Shown here: positions 48,915 through 59,004 of the stretch, piece after piece | Layout: each line of letters starts with the position of its first letter | Position numbering within the stretch: the first letter of the stretch is position 1 | DNA from: an uncultured Poribacteria bacterium | Lineage (GTDB): Bacteria > Poribacteria > WGA-4E > WGA-3G | Direction: 5' to 3' | Assembly (NCBI GenBank): GCA_951813545.1 | Contig: OX638352.1 | Coordinates: 4,736,835 to 4,800,834, forward strand | Length of the DNA stretch: 64,000 nucleotides | Position numbers and translations under genes: made by a program | The notes under the pieces: model-generated | What the model was told of the DNA's origin: nothing | The model's input: only the letters and a program-made list of their open reading frames with translations | Databases searched by the model: none

Positions 48915-49988
48915 ATGAGTCAGAAAACATATCGCGCCGCTGCCATCGGACATACCGGTGCCGGCAACTTTGGACATGGACTCCATACCCCATATAAAGA
49001 TATAGAGAACGTCGAATTTATCGCTGTCTCTGATCCGGATGAGGCTGGCAGAGAGAAGGCGGCAGCAGAAGCAGGAGCCTCGCGCAGCTACACCGATTAT
49101 CGGGATATGCTTGAGAAAGAGACGCTTGATCTTGTGAGTGTCTGCCCCCGCTGGACCTCGGAACATGTCGCTATGATAACCGCCTGTCTTGAGGCGGGAT
49201 GCAGCGTCTATTCCGAGAAACCGATGACGAGTACACTCGCAGACGGTGATAAGATTGTTGAGACAGCGGAAGCGCACGGTGTAAAGGTTGCTGTGGCGCA
49301 TCAGGCGGTCTATCTTCCTGCAACACACGCCATCAAGCAGATGCTTGACGATGGGAAAATTGGCACTATCCAAGCCATCTATGCCAGTGGTAAGCAAGAT
49401 AGGCGCGGCGGTGGTGAGGATATGATTGTCCTTGGCACGCACACGTTTAATATGATGCGTTTCTTCGTGGGTGATGTCGCATGGATGCAGTCACACGTCA
49501 CAACAAACGGCAAAGAGATTGCGTACGGTGACGACCATGAACCGACAGAACCTGTTGGACCGGTCGCGGGTGATTGCATTAACAGTTACTTCGCTTTCAA
49601 AAGCGGTGTCTCTGGATTTTTTCAGTCCCGGAGAGATCAGGCTGGCTCCGGCAGATACGGCATGGAAATTGTCGGTAGTGAAGGGACTTTCTCGCTCCGC
49701 GGTGATGTTGCGAACCGACTGATGGTCTATCCCTATCCGGTACTGGTGCCTGCAAATTCAGACCAAGAATGGGAAGCGATCGACTTAGACCAAACGCCTT
49801 TCTCCAGCGGCAATGAACTTGCTATCCGAGACCTTATCGACGCGATTGAGAATGACCGGAAACCGATTTCTGCTGCTGAAGACGCTGTCGCTGCATTAGA
49901 GATGATTCTCGGTGCTTATGAATCTCAATTGTCTGGCGGACGTGTCCCCTTCCCGATTGCGAACCGCGAGCACCCGTTAAGCAGATAA
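48915..49988 (+). CDS. Gfo/Idh/MocA oxidoreductase
   Basis: GHTGAGNFGHG, SEKP, LGTH; GGAG RBS before 48915. Confidence 0.9.
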   Translation: MSQKTYRAAAIGHTGAGNFGHGLHTPYKDIENVEFIAVSDPDEAGREKAAAEAGASRSYTDYRDMLEKETLDLVSVCPRWTSEHVAMITACLEAGCSVYSEKPMTSTLADGDKIVETAEAHGVKVAVAHQAVYLPATHAIKQMLDDGKIGTIQAIYASGKQDRRGGGEDMIVLGTHTFNMMRFFVGDVAWMQSHVTTNGKEIAYGDDHEPTEPVGPVAGDCINSYFAFKSGVSGFFQSRRDQAGSGRYGMEIVGSEGTFSLRGDVANRLMVYPYPVLVPANSDQEWEAIDLDQTPFSSGNELAIRDLIDAIENDRKPISAAEDAVAALEMILGAYESQLSGGRVPFPIANREHPLSR

Positions 49989-50091
49989 CCCTACATCCCT
50001 CCGTTGGCGGGGTTTTTAACCCCGCCATTCCAAGAACACCTTAATCGAAAACTAAAATATGTAGAGCGAGGTCTCCGTGCCTCGCGACTTC

Positions 50092-50808
50092 CTATGCCGG
50101 TATCATTTTCCGAACGCCATTTTCATAGCGGACCTGATAATCGGTACCCGGCACGTCCATTGCCCGGACGGCAAGCTCGCCGAATGTAATCAGTGGCTCA
50201 GAAAGTAGTAGCAGTTCATCGAGCGATTCGGTCGGTGTTTTGTCCGTTGTGTCCAGCACAATTTTGCGTCCACTCTGCGTAAACAGAGATTTGTCGATCT
50301 CCTCCTGAAACAGGCGATTAAGCGTCGGAATATCGGCTTCCTTGATAATCTGGTATTCGTGCGGATCTGTTTTCATCCGTTCCTTAATTGCCGCGTCACT
50401 GGCGGTGACGTGGATCATCACGACATCCGGCAATCGTGCTTCGATAACCTGCGTTTCATAGCCGCGCTGTGCATTGACGTGGTATCTGGGGTAATATGTG
50501 CTTTCTGGGTCATCCCCATAGAAGGACGAGTAAACGAGTTCCTCAATGTGCCACCCTGCGATCATAGTATTCGGATAGTTTTTTATCACCTCAACGTGAT
50601 ACTGGAGCTGCATCCTTTGCATCCGTTCTTTCACGTCGTCCGGGAAATTTATGTACGCCGCTCTTGATTCTGGGCTGAGCGTTGAATCAGGAATCGTGAA
50701 GTGATCATCAACGTGAACCCTCAATTTCCGATGCTGGTAATAGCCAGTTAATAGGTTAACTAATGTCGATTTTCCTGCATATTCGATACCGACAAAAATA
50801 CATCTCAT
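50092..50808 (-). CDS. P-loop nucleoside/nucleotide kinase-like protein (start MRCIFVG at 50808)
   Basis: GIEYAGKST Walker A, HVTASDAAIKERM lid, LDTTDKTP; GAGG RBS. Confidence 0.72.
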   Translation of the reverse strand: MRCIFVGIEYAGKSTLVNLLTGYYQHRKLRVHVDDHFTIPDSTLSPESRAAYINFPDDVKERMQRMQLQYHVEVIKNYPNTMIAGWHIEELVYSSFYGDDPESTYYPRYHVNAQRGYETQVIEARLPDVVMIHVTASDAAIKERMKTDPHEYQIIKEADIPTLNRLFQEEIDKSLFTQSGRKIVLDTTDKTPTESLDELLLLSEPLITFGELAVRAMDVPGTDYQVRYENGVRKMIPA

Positions 50809-50918
50809 GAAAAAGACCTCGCTATTGAATAGATAGATGGACAACTTACTACACACTATGTTATATGTATCACGAAAGTAGAAAAATGTCAAATATCTAT
50901 TCCAATTTTTCGGTCGTC

Positions 50919-50947
50919 TTGACAATCGGACATTTGCAAGGTATAAT
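50919..50947 (+). promoter_or_regulatory. Perfect sigma70 consensus promoter TTGACA-17-TATAAT
   Basis: Exact consensus upstream of 50986. Confidence 0.85.
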
Positions 50948-50985
50948 AACTTTAATCTCAACGGCTTTAATACACGGAGGCACAG

Positions 50986-51255
50986 ATGGAAAAAAATCAG
51001 ACCGTCAAAATCCAAAATCCGGAATACGGAGACATCTATACTGCCCACATCGAAAAAAATGGTGCAGGGTGGATAGGACAGATACAAGAGGTTCCCGAAG
51101 TGCAGTGTGAAGGAAGCACGCCGGAAGCACTGCTCGAAATTCTCAAAACCGAACTCCACGAAGTCCTCATAGCTCGTGCTGATGCCTGGGATAAACAGAT
51201 CGAGGAAGATATAAAAGCCGGGCGACTCGATCATCTTTTGGCACCTGTTGGGTAG
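50986..51255 (+). CDS. HicB-like antitoxin domain followed by a WDKQIEED antitoxin motif; C-terminus truncated by a deletion
   Basis: YTAHIE...WIGQIQEVPEVQCEGST HicB fold; DAWDKQIEEDIKAGRLDHL. Confidence 0.72.
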   Translation: MEKNQTVKIQNPEYGDIYTAHIEKNGAGWIGQIQEVPEVQCEGSTPEALLEILKTELHEVLIARADAWDKQIEEDIKAGRLDHLLAPVG

Positions 51256-51356
51256 CAAGAGTCGGCATTAACTACCGAACCCTAGCACGCGAAGAAGATG
51301 GGATTCTCGTCTGGTTTTGGATTGGGAAACACGACGAATACATGCGATGCATCTAA
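51240..51356 (+). pseudogene. C-terminal remnant of a RelE/ParE-like toxin
   Basis: Frame without a start codon translates GTCWVARVGINYRTLAREEDGILVWFWIGKHDEYMRCI*, matching the WSxRVxxxYR..WFWIGxHxEY toxin end. Confidence 0.78.
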
Positions 51357-51393
51357 TAATAAAATTTTCCAAAACACCCCAAAATAACATACC

Positions 51394-52386
51394 ATGTTAA
51401 CAATCGGCAATCTCAATATCCCAGATTTTCCACTATTGCTCGCACCGATGGAAGATGTGAGCGACCCGCCTTTCCGCGCAGTCTGCAAAGAAAACGGCGC
51501 GGATCTCATGTACACCGAATTCATCTCCTCCGAGGCACTTATTCGTGACGCTGCGCCGAGTGTTGCCAAACTGGATATTTTTGAAGCCGAAAGACCCATC
51601 GGCATCCAAATCTTTGGGCACGACATCGATTCGATGCGCGCCTCTGTCGAGATCACCGAAAAGGTCCAACCTAACATCATCGACATTAACTATGGGTGCC
51701 CTGTCAAGAAAGTTACATGCAAAGGGGCAGGTGCCGGTATCCTACAAGACATACCGAAAATGGTGAAAATGACTACCGAAATGGTCAAAGCCACGCAGTT
51801 GCCCGTCACCGTCAAAACCCGTCTCGGCTGGGACGATAAAACAAAATACATTGTTGAGGTCGCCGAGCGGTTACAGGATGTCGGTATACAGGCTATCGCT
51901 ATTCACGGCAGAACTCGCCGACAGATGTATAAGGGGGACGCGGATTGGACGCTCATCGGTAAGATTAAGGATAATCCGCGCATAACTATCCCTGTCTTTG
52001 GCAACGGTGATGTTGATAGTCCTCAGAAAGCGGCAGAGATGCGGCGGCAATACGGTGTTGACGGCATTATGATCGGGCGCGCCGCGATTGGTTACCCGTG
52101 GATTTTCAATGAGATAAAACACTATTTCGCAACCGGTGAACTGCTTCCGTCCCCTTCAATAGATGAACGAATTGCTGTTTTCAGAAAACATCTTGATTTT
52201 TCCATAAAATGGAAGGGCTTAAAACTCGGGCTCGTTGAGATGCGCCGACACTATAGCAACTATTTTAAGGGCATCCCACACGTCAAACCCTTTCGCTATC
52301 GCCTCGTCACATGCGATAGTTACGACGGTGTTTTAGACATTGTGGCAGAACTCCGTGCGCATGCTTTGATGTTAGCTGCTGCATAG
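51394..52386 (+). CDS. dusB: tRNA-dihydrouridine synthase
   Basis: LAPME, DINYGCP, HGRTR, NGDV, MIGRAAIGYPW. Confidence 0.93.
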   Translation: MLTIGNLNIPDFPLLLAPMEDVSDPPFRAVCKENGADLMYTEFISSEALIRDAAPSVAKLDIFEAERPIGIQIFGHDIDSMRASVEITEKVQPNIIDINYGCPVKKVTCKGAGAGILQDIPKMVKMTTEMVKATQLPVTVKTRLGWDDKTKYIVEVAERLQDVGIQAIAIHGRTRRQMYKGDADWTLIGKIKDNPRITIPVFGNGDVDSPQKAAEMRRQYGVDGIMIGRAAIGYPWIFNEIKHYFATGELLPSPSIDERIAVFRKHLDFSIKWKGLKLGLVEMRRHYSNYFKGIPHVKPFRYRLVTCDSYDGVLDIVAELRAHALMLAAA

Positions 52387-52455
52387 CTGGAAGTCGGGCT
52401 TCGGAAATCCTTTCTACAGGAAAACTGAATCCTCCGAAGCAGCAGACAAAAACAC

Positions 52456-52484
52456 TTGACTTGAAAGCCACATGATATTATCAT
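52456..52484 (+). promoter_or_regulatory. sigma70-type promoter TTGACT-17-TATCAT of dapF-dapA
   Basis: Near-consensus, 36 nt upstream of dapF. Confidence 0.6.
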
Positions 52485-52520
52485 ATATCAAAACTATATC
52501 TCTGCAGTAAAGGACCTGGA

Positions 52521-53345
52521 ATGGAAAAAATACCCTTTATGAAACTCAGCGGTGCAGGCAACGACTTCGTCATCATTAATAATCTGGCGGAAATCGTTGA
52601 TAGCACCGACACGAATTTTGTGCAAAAACTCTGCCAGCGTCGTATGTCGGTTGGGGCTGATGGTGTGCTTCTTGTTGAAAAAGCGGACGGCGTTGATTTT
52701 CGCATGCGCTATTTCAACGCTGATGGCGGTGAAGTAGAGACGTGTGGAAATGGCGCACGCTGTATTTCCAAGTTCGCTTATCTGAATGGGATCGCGTCTG
52801 AAAAAATGCGGTTTCTGACGAACGCTGGAATTTATGAATCCGAGATAGTGGGTACAAACGTTAAAGTCCGTATGAGCGATCCGACGGACATCCGACTAAA
52901 CGTTCCGCTCCATTTAGACGATGGGATGCATACCGTTGGGTTCGCGAACAGCGGCGTACCGCACGTCGTTTTCTTTGTAGAAGATTTGGAAGAAACAGAG
53001 GTCTTTGACTTAGGACAACAAACGCGTTATCACAACGATTTCAAACCTGATGGTACCAATGCGAATTTTATCCGTGTTCAATCCTCAGGGTTAATTGACA
53101 TCCGGACGTATGAACGTGGTGTTGAAGATGAGACGCTCGCCTGTGGCACAGGATCAATCGCCTCTGCTATTGTCGCTGCGACATTAGGCAAAGTCGTCTC
53201 ACCGGTTTCCGTTAAGACAGCGAGTGGAGTCGTTTTGAAGATTCATTTTGATGTGGAGAATGGCGCAGCGCAAAACGTATACCTTGAAGGCGACGCTCGC
53301 GTTATCTACGTCGGTGAACTCACAACAGACGCATGGGATTATTAA
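52521..53345 (+). CDS. dapF: Diaminopimelate epimerase
   Basis: GAGNDF, CGNGARC, ERGVEDETLACGTG. Confidence 0.97.
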   Translation: MEKIPFMKLSGAGNDFVIINNLAEIVDSTDTNFVQKLCQRRMSVGADGVLLVEKADGVDFRMRYFNADGGEVETCGNGARCISKFAYLNGIASEKMRFLTNAGIYESEIVGTNVKVRMSDPTDIRLNVPLHLDDGMHTVGFANSGVPHVVFFVEDLEETEVFDLGQQTRYHNDFKPDGTNANFIRVQSSGLIDIRTYERGVEDETLACGTGSIASAIVAATLGKVVSPVSVKTASGVVLKIHFDVENGAAQNVYLEGDARVIYVGELTTDAWDY

Positions 53346-53393
53346 AAGTAGCACGCACACGCCGTTGTGCCGTAGCCAGCAAGGAGGGTTTAC

Positions 53394-54269
53394 ATGTTTC
53401 AAGGCTCTTATGTTGCACTGGTCACACCATTTAAGGACGATGAATCGCTTGACGAAGCGAAACTCAAGGAACTGATTCAATTTCAGCTTGACGGCGGCAC
53501 ACATGGCATCGTCCCGTGTGGCACAACAGGTGAATCTCCTGCGCTGTCTGAGGCTGAACACGATAGGGTGATAGAACTCACAGTTGAGACTGTGAGTGGA
53601 CAGGTGCCTGTTATTGCGGGCACGGGTTCCAACTCGACGACACGCACCTTGCGCGCGACAGAACACGCTAAAGTCGCTGGTGCGGATGCCGCCCTGATTG
53701 TCACCCCCTATTACAACAAACCGACCCAAGAAGGGTTATATGCCCACTACATGAAAATCGCCGACACGGTGGACATCCCGATCGTTGTCTATAACGTTCC
53801 GGGACGGTGTGGGACTGACATCCTTTCACCTACCATCGCAAGGCTTGCAGAGCACCCAAACATCGTTGCACTTAAGGAAGCAACAGGTGAACTGAAACGC
53901 GCCAGCGAAGTCATCAACTTATGTCCCGATGACTTTGTTGTGCTTTCCGGCGATGATGTCAATACCCTACCGATTATGGCTGTCGGTGGTAAAGGTGTGA
54001 TTTCGGTTGTGGCGAACATCGCACCCGCAGATGTTGCGGAGATGTGTAATGCGTTCCACGCGGGGAATCTTGAACTCGCCCGCAAACTTCACTATAAAAC
54101 GTTGCCGCTGGCGGTTGACCTCTTTATTGAGACGAACCCAATTCCTGCGAAAACCGCGCTCCAGTTGATGGGCAAACTCAACGGGAAATTGCGACTGCCG
54201 CTTGTCCCGATGGTTCCCGCGAACCTTGAGTCCTTACGCAATACACTTTCGGAAACGGGTTTGATTTAG
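53394..54269 (+). CDS. dapA: 4-hydroxy-tetrahydrodipicolinate synthase
   Basis: GTTGES, PYYNKP, YNVPGR, LKEA. Confidence 0.97.
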   Translation: MFQGSYVALVTPFKDDESLDEAKLKELIQFQLDGGTHGIVPCGTTGESPALSEAEHDRVIELTVETVSGQVPVIAGTGSNSTTRTLRATEHAKVAGADAALIVTPYYNKPTQEGLYAHYMKIADTVDIPIVVYNVPGRCGTDILSPTIARLAEHPNIVALKEATGELKRASEVINLCPDDFVVLSGDDVNTLPIMAVGGKGVISVVANIAPADVAEMCNAFHAGNLELARKLHYKTLPLAVDLFIETNPIPAKTALQLMGKLNGKLRLPLVPMVPANLESLRNTLSETGLI

Positions 54270-54331
54270 TGAAAAAAGTGGAAGGTGCGATGTTCCAATC
54301 GCTCCTTCTTCTTTTAATTGGGGGCATCAAA

Positions 54332-54757
54332 ATGTCTGACGGTTCTATGGAACACATCCAAAACCGTGTGAATTCTGACCTGCGTCGTCAGTTTCGCTCT
54401 TTTCGTGGTTTTATAAAGAAACCTAAAAAGTCATGGTCTGCCGCTACCTTAAAGTGGTTTTCACTCTACAGCATTGGGATTTTGGCGGGCATGTGGGCTT
54501 TTATTCTTGACTGGACTAAACTGGAGCCGTGGATCGGATTCGTCGTGATTTCAGGAGTGATAGCGATTATTGTTGTGCCTATTCTATTCGTAGAGAACGC
54601 GCGTCTAATTGGTAAACCTCACAATGGACAACCCCGAATCAACAGCTATATCAATACCCTCATATTCATTGGGCTTGCTGTTGGGACCGCATTAGTAGGC
54701 TGGTTCGCAGGAACATCAGCGAGGCAGTTCATAGAGATTGTTACGTCCAGCCCGTAG
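54332..54757 (+). CDS. Hypothetical membrane protein (three TM segments)
   Basis: Three hydrophobic stretches; start uncertain (54269-54332). Confidence 0.6.
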   Translation: MSDGSMEHIQNRVNSDLRRQFRSFRGFIKKPKKSWSAATLKWFSLYSIGILAGMWAFILDWTKLEPWIGFVVISGVIAIIVVPILFVENARLIGKPHNGQPRINSYINTLIFIGLAVGTALVGWFAGTSARQFIEIVTSSP

Positions 54758-54802
54758 AATAATTGATCTTGTGAAATCCAACGAAAAGAATGGAGTCTAC
54801 TC

Positions 54803-55822
54803 ATGAGTGATTGGCAGTGGAAAAATCAAATAAAAAAGCGTGATGGTTATGTTTGTCGTCGATGTGGATTTGACAAAAATTTGCATGTCCATCACATTTT
54901 GCCTAAAGACAAATATCCTTACGAACAGGATTATCCTCCGAACGGACTTACGCTTTGTGGAAATTGTCATTCACTCCTGAAGGACAAAGAAGAGCAAACT
55001 GATCTCCGAGGGTTCTTCCCAGATGACCAAGAAATTGATGAACAACTAAAATATTTAAGCGAAAATGTGTCAATGAATGAAAGTCAGCGGGTACTTCTTG
55101 AAGGGAAAGAGGCACAAAGAATAAATAGGTCGGTGAAGTGTGAATTTCGATTAGGAAAGAAAAGATCCAAGCAGAAACAGTATGAATTAGCAATTTTTGC
55201 TTATGATAATGTTATCCATTTAAAATCAGATTTCGTTGAAGCGTACTATTATCGGGGAAAAGCAAAATATGAACTGAAACGGTATAAAGCTGCAATTTAT
55301 GATTATGACAACGCACTCCGGCTAAGACCTGATAATGTCAGTGTTTACTTCAATCGGGGTTTGGCGAAGTACGCCCTTGGACAATATAAGTCTGTGATTA
55401 CCGACTACAACATGGTCATCCGATTCACTCCGGATAATGTCAGTGCTTACTTCAATCGGGGTTTGGCGAAGTACAAATTAGGGCGACATGATACTGCGAT
55501 TATTGACTTTGACGAGGCGATTTCCCTCAAACCTGATTTTGCAAAAGCCTACTACTATCGCGGAAAAGCGAAGTATAAACAAGAATCACATGACGCTGCT
55601 ATTACTGACTTTGACGAAGTGATTCGTCTCAACACAGATTTTGCTGAAGCCTACCACTATCGTGGACTAGGGAAGTGCAAATTGGGGCAACATGATGCTG
55701 CTATAACCGACTATGATACCGCTAACAGACTCAACCCTGAAATCTGTTATTATGTCTTGCTTCAGAAGATATTCGGTTTGGATAGCTCTGTTATAAGGGA
55801 ACTTGCAGGCAATCCCAGTTAA
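54803..55822 (+). CDS. HNH endonuclease fused to about six TPR repeats
   Basis: CRRCG..LHVHHILP..NGLTLCGNCH; 34-aa AYYYRG.AK repeats. Confidence 0.88.
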   Translation: MSDWQWKNQIKKRDGYVCRRCGFDKNLHVHHILPKDKYPYEQDYPPNGLTLCGNCHSLLKDKEEQTDLRGFFPDDQEIDEQLKYLSENVSMNESQRVLLEGKEAQRINRSVKCEFRLGKKRSKQKQYELAIFAYDNVIHLKSDFVEAYYYRGKAKYELKRYKAAIYDYDNALRLRPDNVSVYFNRGLAKYALGQYKSVITDYNMVIRFTPDNVSAYFNRGLAKYKLGRHDTAIIDFDEAISLKPDFAKAYYYRGKAKYKQESHDAAITDFDEVIRLNTDFAEAYHYRGLGKCKLGQHDAAITDYDTANRLNPEICYYVLLQKIFGLDSSVIRELAGNPS

Positions 55823-55868
55823 TGCCTTTATACCGTGATATTCTCCGCCAGAGAAAGGTTATGCCGTA

Positions 55869-56474
55869 ATGAGTTATAGCAATTTCACGCTGGAATCAGC
55901 GTTAGCGACGTTTCAACTGGAAAAGGTTGAATCTGCAGGTACCTTTTCTAAGATAGAGCCGATCACTCCAAGTGACTATCTCACAACCGGATTGGCGAAA
56001 AAGGTAGCTCTGGCAGCTGCCATTGGAACCGAGAAAGCACGCTCCGAGCTAATTGTTGCCGACGTCCTTGTTGAACTCCGGGAAAAGTTTGAATACCGTA
56101 TTAGTTTCTTTTCAGGAATTGATTTTAATGTTGATCCTGAAAAAGACTTAACAGGGATTTGTGATTTTTTGGTAAGTCTGTCACCAGGACAACTTTTTTT
56201 AGAAGCACCTCTCATCATTCTTGTTGAGGCGAAGAAGGACGACCCGAAACTCGGTCTGGGGCAATGTGTTGCCGAGATGCTCGCTGCCCAACGTTTTAAT
56301 GCTGAAAAAGGGAATGACCTCCCTGCCGTTTACGGTGCTACCACGACAGGCACAGAGTGGCAGTTCCTCAAATTGGCGGGAAAGAACCTACAAATTGATA
56401 TGGAAATTTATCCGATTCAGCAGTGTGACAAAATTCTCGGTATCCTTTCCAGCATGGTAAACCAAGAGGCGTGA
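55869..56474 (+). CDS. PD-(D/E)XK restriction-endonuclease-like hypothetical protein (HsdR_N-like)
   Basis: EKARSE, GICDFLV, VEAKK, GQCVAEM, TTGTEWQF. Confidence 0.72.
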   Translation: MSYSNFTLESALATFQLEKVESAGTFSKIEPITPSDYLTTGLAKKVALAAAIGTEKARSELIVADVLVELREKFEYRISFFSGIDFNVDPEKDLTGICDFLVSLSPGQLFLEAPLIILVEAKKDDPKLGLGQCVAEMLAAQRFNAEKGNDLPAVYGATTTGTEWQFLKLAGKNLQIDMEIYPIQQCDKILGILSSMVNQEA

Positions 56475-56501
56475 AGGACATCCCTACCGCGAATCTCGTA
56501 C

Positions 56502-57821
56502 TTACCGCCTATAATCTGCTGGCAACAGTCGATGCACAGTATCAATCACTAACTGCTCGACACCGGTGGCAAATCGCGTCGGTGGACCAAAATAAAGCAT
56601 CGCACCGCCCCCTTCATAGCCGCCTTCGGCTAACACACGTTCCGACGGGATATAGCACGGAAACGCGTTCGCATACGCACCTACCCACAGCCTTTCAACA
56701 TCCAATTCGCGCTTCAGGCGCAGTGAATAATCAACCACGACTTCACTCGCAAGGAAAACAACGGCGAGTTCATCACCGAAACTCCACGCTTGTACGGGAT
56801 AGGAGAGTTCCGTTTGTATGGGTTGTCCTTTCTGTAAACGTTCGAGGTGTTTCTGGGCATGATAGGCATCCGAACCACCTCCTGCAACTCGTGCCTCCCA
56901 TTCTTCACGGGTCGGTAGTGTATCAAACGGCAGATTAACTCTTTCAAACGCGCCGGTCGGGACCTTGGAGATTGGCTTGGTATCTCTCTTCAGCATCTGT
57001 TGAATTTCCTTTGAAAGTGCTTCCCCGTGTGTTTTCGCATAGGCAAGGCGAGTACTAAAGACTTCTTCTTGTCCATCCGGCATCGGCATCATCCGTGATT
57101 CGGGGTTCGCATCGGCACCACATCCGATTGTGATTAAAGCGGTTACACCGGGAAGTGCGTCTTGGATTGCGTCTTGTGCGTATCCTGCCCAGTCGCCACA
57201 GATGTGGTTGTCTGTGCCAGCCAACGTTGTACAGTGGCAGGCGTAACTTGCCCACACGGCGCGTAATGTACCGTCTAAACCTGCGACCTGCATACACGGC
57301 AACGAGTGATCTACCGGTCCACCTTCGGTTCGCCGATTTTTGGCGAATCCGAGTTCACCGATACTCCATGTCAACCGGGACGGTTCCCGATTCGCGAGTG
57401 CTTCCAGTGCGACGGCTTCCATCCAATCAGTGATTTGATTGGTATAGTGCTCAATCGTTTCCTGTTGTTCTGAGGGGATATCCGAGCTGAATAAAAATGG
57501 TGCAGCGTTTGTTAGACAGGGCGCGCTATGCGTGTGTGTGAAACATGCTGCAAAGTGGGCGCGGGAGATCCCCGTTTTCTGCTTGATTCGGCGCGACACC
57601 TCTTCGGTTAGTTCATCCGGTAAACCGCAATTTTCGACTGTCACTAAAACAACAGGATCATCTGCATCGCTGCCGATAGCGAGTGCCTTCGACCATATCC
57701 GCTGGATAATACCGTCAGATTCTGCGCGACGGCTTCCGTAACCGCTGAGCCGAATCGGATAATCTGGCGTAATATCTACTTCGGCGACACCAATCTGAAT
57801 AACACTATTTTTATCTGCCAT
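56502..57821 (-). CDS. Neutral/alkaline ceramidase-like amidohydrolase
   Basis: DITP..LSGY, THTHSAP, YACHCT, GCGADANP, CYIPS. Confidence 0.85.
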   Translation of the reverse strand: MADKNSVIQIGVAEVDITPDYPIRLSGYGSRRAESDGIIQRIWSKALAIGSDADDPVVLVTVENCGLPDELTEEVSRRIKQKTGISRAHFAACFTHTHSAPCLTNAAPFLFSSDIPSEQQETIEHYTNQITDWMEAVALEALANREPSRLTWSIGELGFAKNRRTEGGPVDHSLPCMQVAGLDGTLRAVWASYACHCTTLAGTDNHICGDWAGYAQDAIQDALPGVTALITIGCGADANPESRMMPMPDGQEEVFSTRLAYAKTHGEALSKEIQQMLKRDTKPISKVPTGAFERVNLPFDTLPTREEWEARVAGGGSDAYHAQKHLERLQKGQPIQTELSYPVQAWSFGDELAVVFLASEVVVDYSLRLKRELDVERLWVGAYANAFPCYIPSERVLAEGGYEGGGAMLYFGPPTRFATGVEQLVIDTVHRLLPADYRR

Positions 57822-57840
57822 ATCGAGTTACCTCCGTGAA

Positions 57841-59004
57841 TTAGAATCGTAGAGTGAACGCGAATAGATGTTTGTTTGATTCATCGGTGAAATTTTCGAT
57901 GTCTGTAGCGTATTCCAAATATGTGGTACCAAGCCTTAGACCGACACCAAGGTAGAGATGAAAGTCTGAATTCGCTCGTCCGGCACCGGCTCGGAGTGCC
58001 ACGGTTTTTGGAGCTGCTCCTGTCCACGTTTTGTGTAATTCACCGCCAATAGCAAAACCAATTCCTCCTTGCCCTATGTCCCGCCAGAGATCTGTCGCTA
58101 CTGTAACCCATTGCAGGGGTTCATAAGCAGCGCCGATGCCGAGGCGGAATGGGAAGGGTTCCACCAAATCTGCGCGCAGGACGTTTTCAAAAAGGATACC
58201 GATCTGCAGCGGTGGGTTCATCTGCGCTGCGTCGAACCAAATCTCTCTTTGAAAACCGATATCCAGTTCTAATCGGTTGACTGTTCTCTCAAGTGTCGGC
58301 TGTCGTTCGTGGACAATCTCCCGAATCCGATCCCCAAATTGCAATTCGTCAACGATTGCCTCAATCAGTTCTTCGGGGATTTCTACGTCTACTTCAGGTC
58401 CGTGGCGTGCAGCTAAATTTAAAGTCGAGATTGCCGTGCCTCGGTCTACAACTTGCCGCACCCATCTCAAACGCGCACCGGCTGCTGATTTTCCGAATTT
58501 GTGACTGAATCCTGTTATCCAACTTCCTTCTTGGAGCAGATTGTAGTCCGTGAATAGATCCGTTGTGGCGGTAAATTGACGAGAGTTTCGGTTATATTCG
58601 GCATAGGTTCGGTCAAATGTAAAGTTCACAAAATTCGAGGATCTCGCGGCATAGCCGACACTTATGCCCCATTTACCGAACGCGGATGAATAATAGAGTG
58701 CCGGTGAAACGTCTATGTTGACTTCAGCGACGAATTGTGTCGTTCCGTGTTTCGGTAATTCTGACCAGTGGATATTCTCAGCCGCAATGCCGAGCGCGAG
58801 GTTATGGTGTTTAACGTACACGAGCGAGGCAGGGTTCCCAAATACACCGGCATCATCTGTAAGCGTTGCGATACGGGTGCCGCCCATCCCAGTAATGCGG
58901 AGCATCTCGTTTGCTGTGCTGGATGATGGTATGATTGCGGCTAAGATACAAAATGCCAAAGAAGTGGTGAAGTATCGACATCTCGTTCTATTGTGAATCC
59001 ACAC
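57841..59004 (-). CDS. Outer-membrane beta-barrel protein, PorV/FadL-like
   Basis: Signal peptide, MGGT.IA..DDA.VFGNPASL N-terminus, amphipathic strands, C-terminal Phe. Confidence 0.65.
   Translation of the reverse strand: MWIHNRTRCRYFTTSLAFCILAAIIPSSSTANEMLRITGMGGTRIATLTDDAGVFGNPASLVYVKHHNLALGIAAENIHWSELPKHGTTQFVAEVNIDVSPALYYSSAFGKWGISVGYAARSSNFVNFTFDRTYAEYNRNSRQFTATTDLFTDYNLLQEGSWITGFSHKFGKSAAGARLRWVRQVVDRGTAISTLNLAARHGPEVDVEIPEELIEAIVDELQFGDRIREIVHERQPTLERTVNRLELDIGFQREIWFDAAQMNPPLQIGILFENVLRADLVEPFPFRLGIGAAYEPLQWVTVATDLWRDIGQGGIGFAIGGELHKTWTGAAPKTVALRAGAGRANSDFHLYLGVGLRLGTTYLEYATDIENFTDESNKHLFAFTLRF

Noticed and set aside
50809-51258. N-terminal 149 aa of the 388-aa minus-strand ORF
   Set aside because: It is antisense to the antitoxin gene and its promoter; the Walker A and RBS point to a start at 50808.
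52387-52520. Lysine riboswitch upstream of dapF-dapA
   Set aside because: The promoter is only about 36 nt from the start, too short for an L-box; the rest is a degenerate REP.
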